Positions 19,323 through 31,824 of a stretch of DNA of 64,000 bases are shown piece after piece. A model generated the notes under the pieces. That model saw only the letters and a program-made list of their open reading frames with translations. It did no database searches and was not told where the DNA came from. Source of the DNA: Macrostomum lignano (taxonomy: Eukaryota); the NCBI GenBank assembly GCA_002269645.1, contig NIVC01000845.1, positions 124,001 through 188,000 of the forward strand, given 5' to 3'. The position numbers were made by a program, and so were the translations under genes. Position 1 is the stretch's first letter; every line of letters starts with the position of its first letter.

Positions 19323-19345
19323 CAGATAGACATAGGTAGAGACAT
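19160..19345. repeat. (TTAGA)n/(AGAT)n microsatellite
   Basis: Visible directly. Confidence 0.95.
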
Positions 19346-19380
19346 TAGATAGATTAAAACGACTTTGAGAGAGCTGGCTT

Positions 19381-19603
19381 GGTTGGTGGCGTCAGATTAG
19401 CTTAATCTCCGGATTAGCTGATTTTTTCCATCAACTTTTCCTTGCTTGTATTTCGCTGTCTTCTCTAAGCTATAGGGCCCTGCTATGCTACCTTGGAGCT
19501 GACCATCTGACCGGAGGCCAGGCCAGAAATTACATATAAGTGTTTGCTTTTTCTGCACTGAAGCCTGAAATGCTTCCGATCAAAGACATCGATGGCCGAA
19601 CCC
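19381..19603 (+). other. Copy 1 of a dispersed, structured ~220-nt element (retroelement 3' end, SINE or ncRNA-like)
   Basis: Colinear similarity to 47467-47688 (ggtggc...gattagctga...tcgctgtc...gctacc...gctgaccatctgac...gcttcc...ggccgaa.ccc). Confidence 0.6.
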
Positions 19604-19797
19604 TGCAAGTACGTTCACTCGTATCTGAACACTGAACAATAAGGTTTATTTAAAAAATCATAAATAATTAGACTTGCATGTAACTGCTGAAAAGAACAGA
19701 AAAACCTCTAACAACGTTTAAAAAACAAGTTTTCAATTCACATCGTGTTACTTTGTCAAGGTCGCGTGTACTTTACAAAATTCCACCTCTACAGGCA

Positions 19798-20270
19798 AAC
19801 CACCTCACGAACTCGCACACGCCCACCTCACTCCACGCGTACATTCGTTGGCTGAATTCTAACATTGATATTTCTAACCCTTTTTGAGCCAACCACCTCA
19901 CGCACTAGCACACGCCCACCTCACTCCACGCGTACATTCGTTGGCTGAATTCTAACATTGATATTTCTAACCCTTTTTGAGCCAACCACCTCACGCACTA
20001 GAACACGTCCACCTCACTCCACGCGTACATTCGTTGGCTGAATTCTAACATTGATATTTCTAACCCTTTTTGAGCCAACCACCTCACGCACTAGAACACG
20101 TCCACCTCACTCCACGCGTACATTCGTTGGCTGAATTCTAACATTGATATTTCAAATTCTTTTTGAGCCAACCACCTCACGCACTAGAACACGTCCACCT
20201 CACTCCACGCGTACATTCGTTGGCTCAATTCTAATATATTTCTACCCCCTTGTTAGGCCAGCCACCTCAC
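19798..20270. repeat. 93-bp tandem repeat, 5 units
   Basis: ccacctcacg recurs at about 19800, 19893, 19986, 20079, 20172 and 20263. Confidence 0.92.
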
Positions 20271-20301
20271 ACCAATACAGCCAGATCCTGCTGTTCTCTC
20301 T

Positions 20302-21875
20302 CTAAGCATTCTTTATGGCTTTCATCTTGGCGAAGTGCTTGACGGTGAGAGTAAATGTGAAACTGGCCAGCTGCAGCATGAAGGCGAACAGAGTCATCAA
20401 GAAGGCGTGCTGGGTCAGGCGCAGGCATCCGATCCGAAGCAAATTCGAGTACTGAATCGATGGTCGGAACTCGTAGCAGGGACACAGCACCAGGTTCCAG
20501 TAGCAGCAGAGGCAGAGCAGCAGACAGGGACACATGTTAAACATGAGTGTCCAGCTACAGTTTTGTGGGTTTGGGTTCATGCTGTAAAACATTTTCATGC
20601 ACGCAAGACGTGCAACCAATAACGTACAGCCGTTAGTAAGCCATTTTGTTCGAGTTCAGATTTGTGGATTTATACGCCACGAATTTTCCAGTATTTTCTG
20701 GGGCTTTACGAGGCTCGTAGCACCAGGGGCTCTAGCACCAAGGGCACTAGCACCAGGGGCTCTAGCACCAAGGGTACTAGCACCAAGGGTACTAGCACCA
20801 GGGGCTCTAGCACCAAGGGCACTAGCACCAGGGGCTCTAGCACCAAGGGCACTAGCACCAGGGGCTCTAGCACCAAGGGCACTAGCACCAGGGGCTCTAG
20901 CACCAAGGGCACTAGCACCAGGGGCTCTAGCACCAAGGGCACTAGCACCAGGGGCTCTAGCACCAAGGGCACTAGCACCAGGGGCTCTAGCACCAGGGGA
21001 GCCAGCACCAGGGGCTCTAGCACCAAGGGCACTAGCACCAGGAGAGCCAGCACCAAGGGCACCAGCACCAGGGGCTCTAGCACCAGGGGAGCCAGCACCA
21101 AGGGCACCAGCACCAGGGGCTCTAGCACCAGGGGAGCCAGCACCAGGGGCTCTAGCACCAAGGGCACTAGCACCAGGGGCTCTAGCACCAGGGGAGCCAG
21201 CACCAGGGGAGCCAGCACCAGGGGAGCCAGCACCAGGGGCTATAGCACCAGGGGCTCTAGCACCAGGGGAGCCAGCACCAGGGGCTCTAGCACCAAGGGC
21301 ACTAGCACCAGGGGCTCTAGCACCAGGGGAGCCAGCACCAAGGGCACCAGCACCAGGGGCTCTAGCACCAGGGGCACCAGCACCAACCAACCGCGAGAGT
21401 ACTTATAAACTAGTACAATTGTACTTAATAAGTATAAATTTCAAGATTTTTCTATACAGTATACCCAGTCCACACAGCCGCTGCGTGGCCATCCTGATCG
21501 CCAACCGGTTGATGAACTCAAAACAAAAAGCAATTAATAAACCCACCGATTCACGCTCAGCATCTGCAGTGTGTTGGCATTCTGAAATTCGTTGGCTCGA
21601 ATCCGCTCTCGACCAACCCTGGCGTAGCGGATGCTGGATGCCAGCAGGGAATTGGCCGCGCCGCCGATGCAGAAGCTGGAGAGCCACACGGTGCTCGCAG
21701 TGGCCCACGGCCGGAGGACATTGACCACGAATAGCTCGGAGAATTGCAAGGGCAGCGCCACGGCCATGCACAGATTCACTATGCTGGCCGTGAGCATGCT
21801 CACGTTAATTAAGCCGACTAGAAACGAACCGTAGGTCTCCAGAAAGTACCTCACTCGCTCGTTTTTGGGTGCCAT
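20302..21875 (-). CDS. Predicted four-transmembrane protein, 202 aa (MS4A/CD20-like topology, family unconfirmed)
   Basis: Exons 21875-21547 (donor GTGGGT, phase 2) and 20581-20302 (acceptor ttttacag). Four hydrophobic stretches: SFLVGLINVSMLTASIVNLCMAVAL, WATASTVWLSSFCIGGAANSLLA, WTLMFNMCPCLLLCLCCYWNLVLC, AFLMTLFAFMLQLASFTFTLTV. Confidence 0.6.
20716..21385. repeat. 15-bp minisatellite with alternating variants (tagcaccaggggctc / tagcaccaagggcac)
   Basis: Fills the intron of the 4-TM gene. Confidence 0.95.
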
Positions 21876-22169
21876 CTCGCGACTAAGGACTGAATTCCTG
21901 TAATGTCTTAATAGAATTTTATATACGATTGAGAGCTTCATGCAAGCTCAAGTGAGTTCACGCGGTTTGTGCCATAGAGATGCGCTTGCCGGCACCAACC
22001 GGTACTATATTAACTAGACTCACCACATTTGCGCTTAACCGCTTACAAGGGGCAGTCAGAAAGTAATGATATTCATAATTGTGTTGTTGTAACTCGCTTT
22101 TGTTCTTTATTTGACAGAGTTTTTGATTCTTCTGTAGGGATTGAGGTCTGCATGGTGACGCTCTAAATC

Positions 22170-22620
22170 CAGGGGCGTCACCATGGATTGTATGCTGGGG
22201 ACAAAGCCAAGAATTCTACATGTACGTGTACATGACTAAATTCCTACGTGTACATTGTTTTCAGAATTGGTGTTGTCAGCGCTCATTTTAGCGCCACAGG
22301 CCGCAGCTGACAAAATATAGTGCCTGCGGCGCCAAAATGAGTGCATGCGGCGCTAAAATGAGTGCCTGCGGCGCTAAAATGAGTGTCTGCGGCGCCAAAA
22401 TGAGTGCCTGCGGCGCCAAAATGAGTGCCTGCGGCGCTAAAATGAGTGCCTGCGGCGCCAAAATGAGTGCCTGCGGCGTCAAAAATGAGTGCCTGCGGCG
22501 TCAAAAATGAGTGCCTGCGGCGCCAAAATGAGTGCCTGCGGCGCCAAAATGAGTGCCTGCGGCGCTAAAATGAGTGCCTGCGGCGCCAAAATGAGTGCCT
22601 GCGGCGCCAAAATAAGTAGG
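22170..22620 (+). mobile_element. Short non-autonomous element starting CAGGGGCG that carries a 21-bp array (aaaatgagtgcctgcggcgcc), about 14 units
   Basis: The 5' ~120 nt are colinear with 56243-56383; array at about 22320-22612. Confidence 0.6.
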
Positions 22621-23598
22621 CTCCTACCCTTTAGCTCCTACCATAACTGTATGCGTTATAAAAATATCATTCGCAGCATTTTTATAACATTATAACAATG
22701 TTATGACAAGGAGATGGTACTGGAAAATATCAATCCGGGGATTCTGCGACCCCTAATAGGTGCGGCTTCCAATTAACTGTGAGTTAAAAAATAAACAACT
22801 CGAACTGCGCAAGAAGACGAAGAAGCATAGTTTACATTAATTTCCGAGCACTCGAAATAACACCTGACTCGTTTGTCCACTGAACACACTGTAGCTTGTC
22901 AATTCTTAGAATTAGCTCGGACAGATGTTTTTTTATTAAAAAAAGAGAAAAACACAAGCGCCAGGATGACGAAATTGCTAACTTCCAACGGATCGATCGA
23001 GCTTGACACAGGCTTAAGAGACAACAAAAGCAGCTTAAACATGAAAACACATTATTGGCAAACAATGAAATAAACACGAAATAAACAAACAATAAGCTTT
23101 ATTAAATTTAAACAGACGGGAAAGATAGATGGGAAACATAGAGAAGATTATGGTGTGTCGGTGTGTGAGTGTGCAATTGTGCTTCTGTATTTAATAACTG
23201 GATTGCTAATCTAAGAACACAAGCGGAGATAAAAGGCCAGTTCAACAACACACAGATTGATTCGCACAAAAAAATGACTTGAATTTTAATAAAACTAATA
23301 AACAGGAAATCCGACACCAAACAACTCGGGGGGAAAAGGGAGATCCGCTGCACTTTCGGGAGCAAAAGATTGACCAGACTGTCAAAATAACGGTAGAATT
23401 GTGTTTTGATAGTTGTATTACAGTATTAAGATAGTACTTTTCAAACTGGTCAATAATCATGAGAAATTCTGCAGCAGAGGCCATATGCTTTAATAAGATA
23501 GAAGAGCCAGAGTCAGTAATGATTACCTGTATCATCTAGAAACAGAGCCAACAGACACAGACAGACAGGCGGATTCCCACACAAAAAACTTATTTAGC

Positions 23599-26500
23599 TT
23601 AGACCAGCTTCTTAGCCTGGAAGAATGATTTTAGATGACGCATCTGCCAGAATCCGGTGCCAAGCAGGATCACAGTCTGCAGGATTGACCACCACAGTAC
23701 GCGCTGGTTGGTGCTCTCGCTGATGTGGCGGAAGACTTCTTCGCGATGCTGCCAAAAGGGAAAGGTCGTGATGTTCAGTATTACTGTATAATCAGGGGAG
23801 ATGCGATTGGCGGAGCTCACTGACTTTCTACTTATACATGCGCAACACCCAACCGGCTGGCGAGGGGCCCAGCCAAGGCAAGTCGCAAAAATGCCGATCC
23901 AAAAATACAGACGCAGTACTAATTAGATGGCGAAGCATTGAGCTATAATAATGTAGTGAGCCGCTAGTTTAGTGTTTGGCGTCCCCCTTTGTCAGCAGTA
24001 TCCCTCGCCCTCGCCCTCGCCCTGGGTTGCTGTCTGCCGCTGGTCAGCTTGCCGCCCCCTTGGCCCGTCTGTTGCTGCCCTTGGCCTGTTCTGCCCTTCT
24101 GCGTCTCTGTTCTCAGCCCTCAGCTTCTCTGCTGTAGGCTGTCTCTGCTTCGTTCCCGTCCCGTTTTCCTCTGTCATGTGACTTGCTCACATGACAGATC
24201 TTGCGTTCTTGGAATCTTAAAAGTGCAGTAAACATGTTTACTGCACTCGCTGGTCCTGCTTACCGGGAGAATCACGTGCTTTCGGACCCCTCCCTTCTCT
24301 AAGGAGAGGAGTGACTCATGTTGCTAAAAATAGCAACTCAGTCACAGCCGCGTATACTCTGGCCGGAGACCTCAAGTGACGTCAGTTCTAAAAATAGAAC
24401 AAGTCACGAGGTCTTGCGCGCGGGAGAATCCCGGCTATAAATAGGACCCCTCTCCCCCTTGTTTCCGTCAAGGAGCTTCCAGTTTTCTGACTGAGGATCT
24501 GTTTCTCGAGTTCCAAGTGCCGAGCTTCCGAGCCCGAGTGTCTGTACTGACCGCACGTCTGCGTACATTGAGTTCTCTGCTATTGGTCTGTCTGAGACCC
24601 TACTAAAGCAAAACTCAAGCCTACGAGAGGCTAACTCAGCCCTCCCTGTACCAACCAAGCCCGGCAGGTGCTGCTGACGAGACGCCTGGTACGTTGAACT
24701 GCAAATCTGCACCCGGTGCTGAGTTCGTTGACTTCGTTATTTCGTTCCGACGGGAAGCTCACCTCATCGAAGGCTGAGACCTGAAGCATGCTTGGGCGCA
24801 ACCTTTGGATTCACCCGGCCGTTTCTATTGGCAACACACACGTATGTCGCTATTGGACAGAATAGTAGTCACGTGACTGCTCTCAGCCAATAGCGACTTA
24901 CATGTGTGTGTTGCCAATAGAAACGGCCGGGTGATTCCCAAGGTTGCGCATGTATGACCTGAAGGAACTGGTGGCAGCACTACCTACGCTACTGAGAGTT
25001 AAGAGAACTTCCCACTGAAGAGGCTCGAGTCTTAAGGTAATCTTAAGCGCCTAAACCGGGAAGCAAACAGCGTTCTACTTCAATAATACAGTCATAGTTA
25101 CTCCTGCCGTTTACCCAAAATTGTGTTTATTTTTTTGGGGGGGGGGGGTTTCACTTGGGGTTGTGCATGTACACTCTTTGTGCCTTGAAGGTTGGCTCTA
25201 AACCTTAAGTGAGTTCCAACAGCTTACCCGCTGGTAGTTCTGCTCCTTGGAGATCTGCTCAACCTGGTCCAACAGTTGTCGGACACGCAGCTCCAGATCG
25301 GTCAGCTTGTCCTTGGCGGCGATAGCGTAGTAGTCCTGGGCGTGCTCGCCAACCTGAATGTCCAGGTGTACGCGGAGCTGGCCGCTATTGAACCAAGCGG
25401 ACGAGTTCGAGTGCAAGCAGATGGTGTGCTCGCCAGAGGTGTGCGAGGTGAAACTAAATTGGCCCTGATCCGAGTAGGTGCGCGACAGCACCATCTTGCG
25501 ATCGGGATCCTTGATCTCTACGTGCATACCAAGGCCGCTGACAGTGGGCACAAATTTGTTCTGGCCCTTGTCGAATATCTCCACCTTGTACTTGCCTGCA
25601 GTTATGGGTAGTAATCTACTGTGATGAATTTGATTGATTCCATATGCTTTTGACTTTCCTACAAGCTTTGTTGAGCAGCTTTTAAGTCAGAGCAGTGCTA
25701 ATATGCACGATGTTTTTTGGATCAAAAGATTCTGACAACAGTTCTACTGCTATTTTGCTGATGCCATTTTACTAGAATTATTTTTTAATAACTCGCATTG
25801 TGTTAGTCTATCATACGTTTGCTGAAGATGGTACTGTCAAAAAATTAATTTGCAAATGGATCTCCTTACTTTTGAATGCTTTTCTAAGATTTTGGCCATA
25901 GACAATTCACATGAATTTACAAATTGGCTTTAATTCGAACCCTATACAATACCATTTCACCATTTTAAGTCTAGAAATAAAGACCATTTTTAGTATATGG
26001 ATATTGAAAAATAAATGGCAACATTGCATAGCTATCTCTTTTCTAAGATTTCTATCATTTTTAGCTATAGACTAGCAATCAGTACCCCCCACAGTGGGAA
26101 GCTAACAAAGAATCAAATACAATTAAATTAATAAACATTTAGCTTCTCCTTACAATAAATTTAGCAATTACAATTATAAACCTTGACATCTTAATGATTC
26201 CCCCCAAATGCCTTAATAATCCCTTCCATAAACCTTAACATCTTAGCCTTAGCAATACTACCCATAAGCATTACAATCTCAAACAATCCCTTCTCAGCCT
26301 TGAAATCTTAGCAATTTCACCTAACCCTAACCATAACCCCGAAACTAACCTTAATCCTAATCTTAACCCTAACCCCAACCCTAAAGCCTTAACATCTTAG
26401 CAATTCCCCCCTCCCCATAAACCTTGACAATTCAATAATTCTCCCTAAGAGTCACAGCATTATAGCATTTATATATCCAAGTCTTGACTTCTCAGCAATC

Positions 26501-29500
26501 CACCAAGCCTTGACATATAAAAAACTTCACCTTATTTCTATTTGAATAAATTTTGAAAATGCATAGATATGCATCAAAATGCACCAAGGGGTCACTCTTC
26601 AAGGTACATGGGCTGCATTAAGGGGTCACCAAGTGTCATACATGCCCAACCTTAAAATTTCACCTATCTAGTGTGACTTAGTTTTGTCCAAATTTGCGAC
26701 TTAGTTCCTCCTGATTGCAACTTAGTTCTTCCCAATTGTGACTTAGTTCCTCCTAATTGCGACTTAGTTCCTCCTAATTGCAACTTAGTTCCTCCTGATT
26801 GCGACTTAGTTCCTCCTAATTGCAACTTAGTTCCTCCTGATTGCAACTCAGTTCCTCTTGATTGCAACTTAGTTCCTCCCAATTGCAACCTAAGTTCCTC
26901 CTAATTGCAACTTAGTTCCTCCTAATTGCGACTTAGTTCCTCCCGATTGCGACTTAGTTCCTCCTAATTGCAACTTAGTTCCTCCTAATTGCAACTTAGT
27001 TCTTCCTGATTGCAACTTAGTTCCTCCCAATTGCAACTTAGTTCCTCCTAATTGCAACTTAGTTCCTCCTAATTGCGACTTAGTTCCTCCCAATTGCGAC
27101 TTAGTTCCTCCCAATTGTGATTTAGTTCTTCCTGATTGCGACTTAGTTCCTCTTGATTGCAACTTAATTCCTCCTAATTGCGACTTGTTCCTTCTGTTCT
27201 CTTTTCTATTTCTATTTCTTTTTCTTTCTCTTTCCCTCTCTTTTTCCTCCTTTCTTTTCCTCTCCTTTCTTCTTCTAATTTTTTGTTTTCCTATTTTGTT
27301 GGGCATATATGCCAAGTGTACATCAGGGCCCAGAAGGGGTTGGGATAATAAAGGACCTTTTGGCACTCTGCATTGTTTTAGCAGTGGTGGCACACCAATG
27401 AAATAGCATTGCTACCCAGAGCATGCCAAATAGCATTTCCAACTTTTGATGTTTTGACATTTAGGCTATTCTATGCATGGCTATTTTGACATAGATTTCA
27501 AGCATTATACCAAATGTCCCACTGTGCTATACTATGTTAAGCACTACCACATAGAAAATGTGCCATGCTATAGGGTCAATTTGAAAATGCACCAAATAAC
27601 CATCTGCCATTTAGCATTTTTTTCCTATTGAACACCTTATAAGCCATGCTATCTCATGATTAGCAATCTCCCTTAATAGCCTTGCCATTTTAGCAATTTC
27701 TCCTATAAGTCTTGACATCTAAGCAATTTTCCCTTATAAGTCTATAAGCTCTATATGCATTTGGTACTAAAGTAACTTGTTACCAAAACAGATGATCCTA
27801 GAATGATTTGTCATTATTATCAAACTGACTTTTACTAACGTAACCATGATTTAAAAAATATGGTCACTTCAATGATTGCATATAATGTTACCAGGGGCAT
27901 AGCCAAGGGGGGGAGGACACCAGGGACATATCCCCCCCCCGCCCTAAGGGAAGGGGGGTTTTTTTTATTACCTTTGTATTTTGCTTCTATCAGAGATGGA
28001 TTCATGTTTCTGTCCCTTCCTGACATAAATCCTAGCTATGTGCTTGATTACTACCCTTGCCAAATAGTCCCTTTATCAACTATTTTACAAAATGCCAATT
28101 GACAAAAGGCTATAAGCTAAAAGGGCAACAGTCACAAGTCACAATATATTTTTTAGAATTATAAGTTAATATATATTAGACTTCTATATGATAAAAAGTA
28201 TTTATTAAAAAAGGAGAATAATTAAAAAAAGGCCCACACTTGTGCAAGCATTGTTAACTTTAAATAGCAATATAGAATATAGTCTATTTTATTATTCCTA
28301 GCTGACTGTTGAAAAGCTAAAGCTTTATGGAAAGCTAAAAGAAAGACAAAACATAGCAAAAGATGAACATTAAGTCTGCCTTCTTTGTTAAAAGCAATAT
28401 CAATTTTTCTTATTGTATTATCTTATATTGTATATTTATAGTAAAAAATATTGGTTACAGTCTACTTTGGTAACAGCCACTTTGGTAACAAGTGAGAATA
28501 ACAATAATTGATATGATCCAAAAGAATATGCAAACAAACCTTGGCTATTACCAAAATGGTCATTTTTTGTTATCAAAATGGCAGTTACCAAAGTGGCATT
28601 CCTTTGGTTTACAATCATCCCAAACAGTGACAATCACCTTAAAACACTAACAATCATAGTTATAAGCAGTTGTAAGATATAAAATCCATAGTTTCCAATG
28701 AAACAAAATCAAATGTTGGTGAACTGACTTGTTTATTTTAAAAGATTGTAAGATTATCGTAGTAGCACCTTATATTTCACCTTTGGTTTATGATCATCCA
28801 AATGTATGCTGCCTATTGAAATGATTGCAAACAGAAGCTAGCAATAGAAAAGCTTGTCAAACTAATTTCAACTGTCAAGTTGCAAGTTTGAGCTATGGTG
28901 GCCTATATATTTCACTTTTGGCTTTTGTTTACAATCACCCAAACATATATTGCCCATTAAAATGATCAAGAACCAACGCTAGCCATAATAAAGTATACTA
29001 AAGCCGTAAAGGTTGATAATGATATGCTTTTCTACAGTCAGCTTTGGTTCATGATCATTTTAATGGAGTGTATATATGGAAATGATCGTAAACCAAAAGT
29101 GAGGGAAGGTGCAAGCACTAAAGATTAATTATACTAAGCTAGGGTTGACATGCTTTCCTATAACTAGCTTTGGTTCGCAATCATTTCAATGGGAGTGCAT
29201 ATATGAAAATGATTGTAAACCAAAAGTGAGGGGTGAGCTGAAGAATGAAGATTAATAAATAAGGTCTATGGTCTAAGGTCTAAGGTCTAAGACACTGAGT
29301 AGTAAGTAAGGTCTACTTTTTACTTTAAATTAGGGTTAATAATAATGATTGAATAAAACTAAACTAAAGACAAGTTACTACTGTTATGGTGACCATAAAA
29401 TTGAGGGACAATTATCTTTATGGTCAATACATAAAACAAAAACCATCTAAATTAGGTAAGGAAGTTGCAGTGAAAATAAGAAGAGGTTGTTAAATTTTGC

Positions 29501-29818
29501 TTTTTGCTATTTTAGTATTTATATTATATATGGTCACTGAAACAATAACAAAGTCTGCTAAAACTAAAAACGACTCTCATCTACCTACAATTATTACATA
29601 ACATTTTTAAAAGCTAGGAATCGGCACACATTCCGATTTCAATAGTTCCGAGTTCAATAATCCAAAAACTTACCAACAAGCAATGTGTCCTCGGGAATTT
29701 CCTCAATGAAGCACTTAGTCTCAGTCTCTCCAATATGAAAGTACAGTGCGTTTCCTCCAACACTTAGAAAGCAAAGAAAAAGAAATGAATATAAAAACTT
29801 GCTTGTACTAGCAGACAT
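23599..29818 (-). CDS. TMED9: p24-alpha/emp24 GOLD-domain cargo receptor (TMED9/TMED4-like), 220 aa
   Basis: Exons 29818-29674, 25595-25228, 23748-23599. Signal peptide then [68 protein letters not shown], and C-terminal [15 protein letters not shown] (dilysine). TMED4 versus TMED9 cannot be resolved. Confidence 0.95.
24319..24770 (+). mobile_element. Possible solo LTR in TMED intron 2
   Basis: Starts TGTTG; TATAAATA at 24436-24443; GC-richer than the intron. Right end and TSD are not convincing. Confidence 0.3.
24796..24949. mobile_element. Palindromic MITE-like element with ~65-bp arms
   Basis: gcgcaacctttggattcacccggccgtttctattggcaacacac...gtgtgttgccaatagaaacggccgggtgattcccaaggttgcgc; no clear TSD. 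Confidence 0.75.
26665..27186. repeat. 21-bp minisatellite (ttgcaacttagttcctcctaa)n
   Basis: In TMED intron 1. Confidence 0.93.
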
Positions 29819-30136
29819 TTCTAAGCTTTAAATGTAAAAATGGCCTTAAATTATTTCAAAAAGCGTTTCTCAGTGTAATTGTAAATTTGTATTTTAGTTG
29901 TCGGTGTAATTTTTGAGCAAATTTACACGTAGGCAACAGCATTTAAAAATGCAGGTAAACGCTAACCCATTAAAACAAACGTAAATAAATAATACTGAAG
30001 GATTTAATTCTTACTTTTTTGTTTATGAGTTAGACAAACAGATTTTACATTTTTATTTTTGTGCAAAGACTACTGAATTTGTAGAAAGTGGTTTTATTTT
30101 CTTAGAATGATAAATCAATTTAATATTTTTATAGTA

Positions 30137-30730
30137 GGCAGTGCTTATCCCCACGGTACCGTAGGAATAATTTCTGTCTTATTCCAACGGTACCGTGGGG
30201 ATAATTTTCTGCTTATCCGCACGGCACATTGACGAGATAGCTGCCCCATCTTCTACATATGCCGTGGGAATAATTTTCTGCTTATCTGCACGGGTGAATT
30301 GTTGAAGCAATGCAATAATCTATACAAACAAATTGAGAATTTACATGTCTAGTAAGAAGCCTACAGAAGCAGCGGCAATGGACTTTTCGGGGATGTCGGG
30401 ATTAGACTAGTTGCTAAAAGTTCTTAAATTGTAAACAATTACTAGAGCAATTCATCTTAAATCATACGTCATAAGTACAAAAAAGTGTTTTTTTTTGCGT
30501 AAAAAGGCCATTAAATCTTTACTTCTATCAAAATAATAGCCAAGCAAAGTTATGTTGTTATATTGCACTCAAACCGTAAGTACTAAACTAAATTATGAAC
30601 CCACGGCATATGTAGAAGATGGGCAGCTATCTCGTCAGTGTGCCGTGCGGATAAGCAGAAAATTATCCCCACGGTACCGTTGGAATAAGACAGAAATTAT
30701 TCCTACGGTACCGTGGGGATAAGCACTGCC
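30137..30730. mobile_element. Non-autonomous Mutator-like element (594 bp)
   Basis: TIRs of about 131 bp (30137-30268 and 30600-30730) beginning GGCAGTG; perfect 9-bp TSD tttatagta at 30128-30136 and 30731-30739. Confidence 0.92.
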
Positions 30731-31080
30731 TTTATAGTAATTGTGTTGCGAGCTTTTCAGCATATCTGTGTCTACCAGCCAAGTCTCTAGTATACAACAC
30801 TTTATGTTTCTTTTTTTCGAGACTCGAGTCCTTAATCATCAATGATAACTTTTGATAAGTCAACTGTTTTAGGCCCTAGGCGGGGGCTAGGCCCCTACTT
30901 TTTGTTTTATAGTATAGTAAAGGTAAAGGTAAAACCAAGCCATGCCCAAGGCTTCATAGACATAATCATACTCACTGCAACTTGCAATTACAATTGCAAG
31001 CCCTCTCCTATGTCAATTAAGTTAGTGCTTACTATTTTAGTAGCATAGGACTTATTAAGACTATAAGTGTAGTAGTGGCG

Positions 31081-31407
31081 GTAATGGCTAGGGTTCCAGC
31101 ACCGGAACCCATTTACTAATGATGGTTATGGATCCAGCAGTCTTCTGCAAGCAGTTATCTACTAATGAAGTCTTGAACATTAGAAGTATCTTGATTTGAA
31201 TCTTATCGTTTCGTTTTGATCTTATCTTGAACAATAGGGCCTAATATCAATAGGCCTATCAACCACCTGTTAGTGTTAAAAAGAAAAATGTTTCTGCTAT
31301 ATTATACCTATAAATTGCACTACTGAAATACATGTACATACCACTGGCCACTGCTGGATCCATAGCAATTAGAAAATGGGTTCCGGTGCCAGAACTCTAG
31401 CCATTGC
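31081..31407. mobile_element. Diverged MITE
   Basis: About 60-bp imperfect inverted repeats (aatggctagggttccagcaccggaacccattt...ggatccagcagt) at 31081-31141 and 31350-31407. Confidence 0.7.
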
Positions 31408-31824
31408 TAGTAGTAGCATGACCTCTTAAACTTTGTCTAACTCGGAATATTCCAACCATTATTCTGACTAAGAGTCAGAATAAGAGTTAAAATAATATTT
31501 AAAGTCTTGCAGTGTATTAAATGATCAGTTGAAATAATAGTTGGAATGATTATGATATTTTGACTCTTGCAACATATTAGATTAGGCCTATCAGTTGGAA
31601 TAATAGTCAGAATATTGAGGTGGGGGTGGAGAAGATTATTATGGAAATTGTTGGGTTTAAAATTGGGTTTGAACTTGAAAGTTGTCGGTTTGCTGTTGTT
31701 GACACTGGAAAATGGCAGTCTTAGACTTGAATTGCCGCTTATATTGTCTTAGCACTCGTAAAGCTAGAAAATTGCACAAATTGATGCATTGATTCTTTTC
31801 CTTGGATACTCCATTTGCTGGGGT

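Noticed and set aside
20597-21724. Collagen- or mucin-like (APGAL/STRG) ORFs
   Set aside because: The 15-bp intronic repeat is open in several frames on both strands.
20302-21875. Peripherin-2/ROM1 assignment for the 4-TM protein
   Set aside because: Only short look-alike motifs (RPSIQY, RYAR); the large EC2 loop with CCG is absent.
26320-26385. Interstitial telomere (TAACCC-like)
   Set aside because: Short and highly degenerate.
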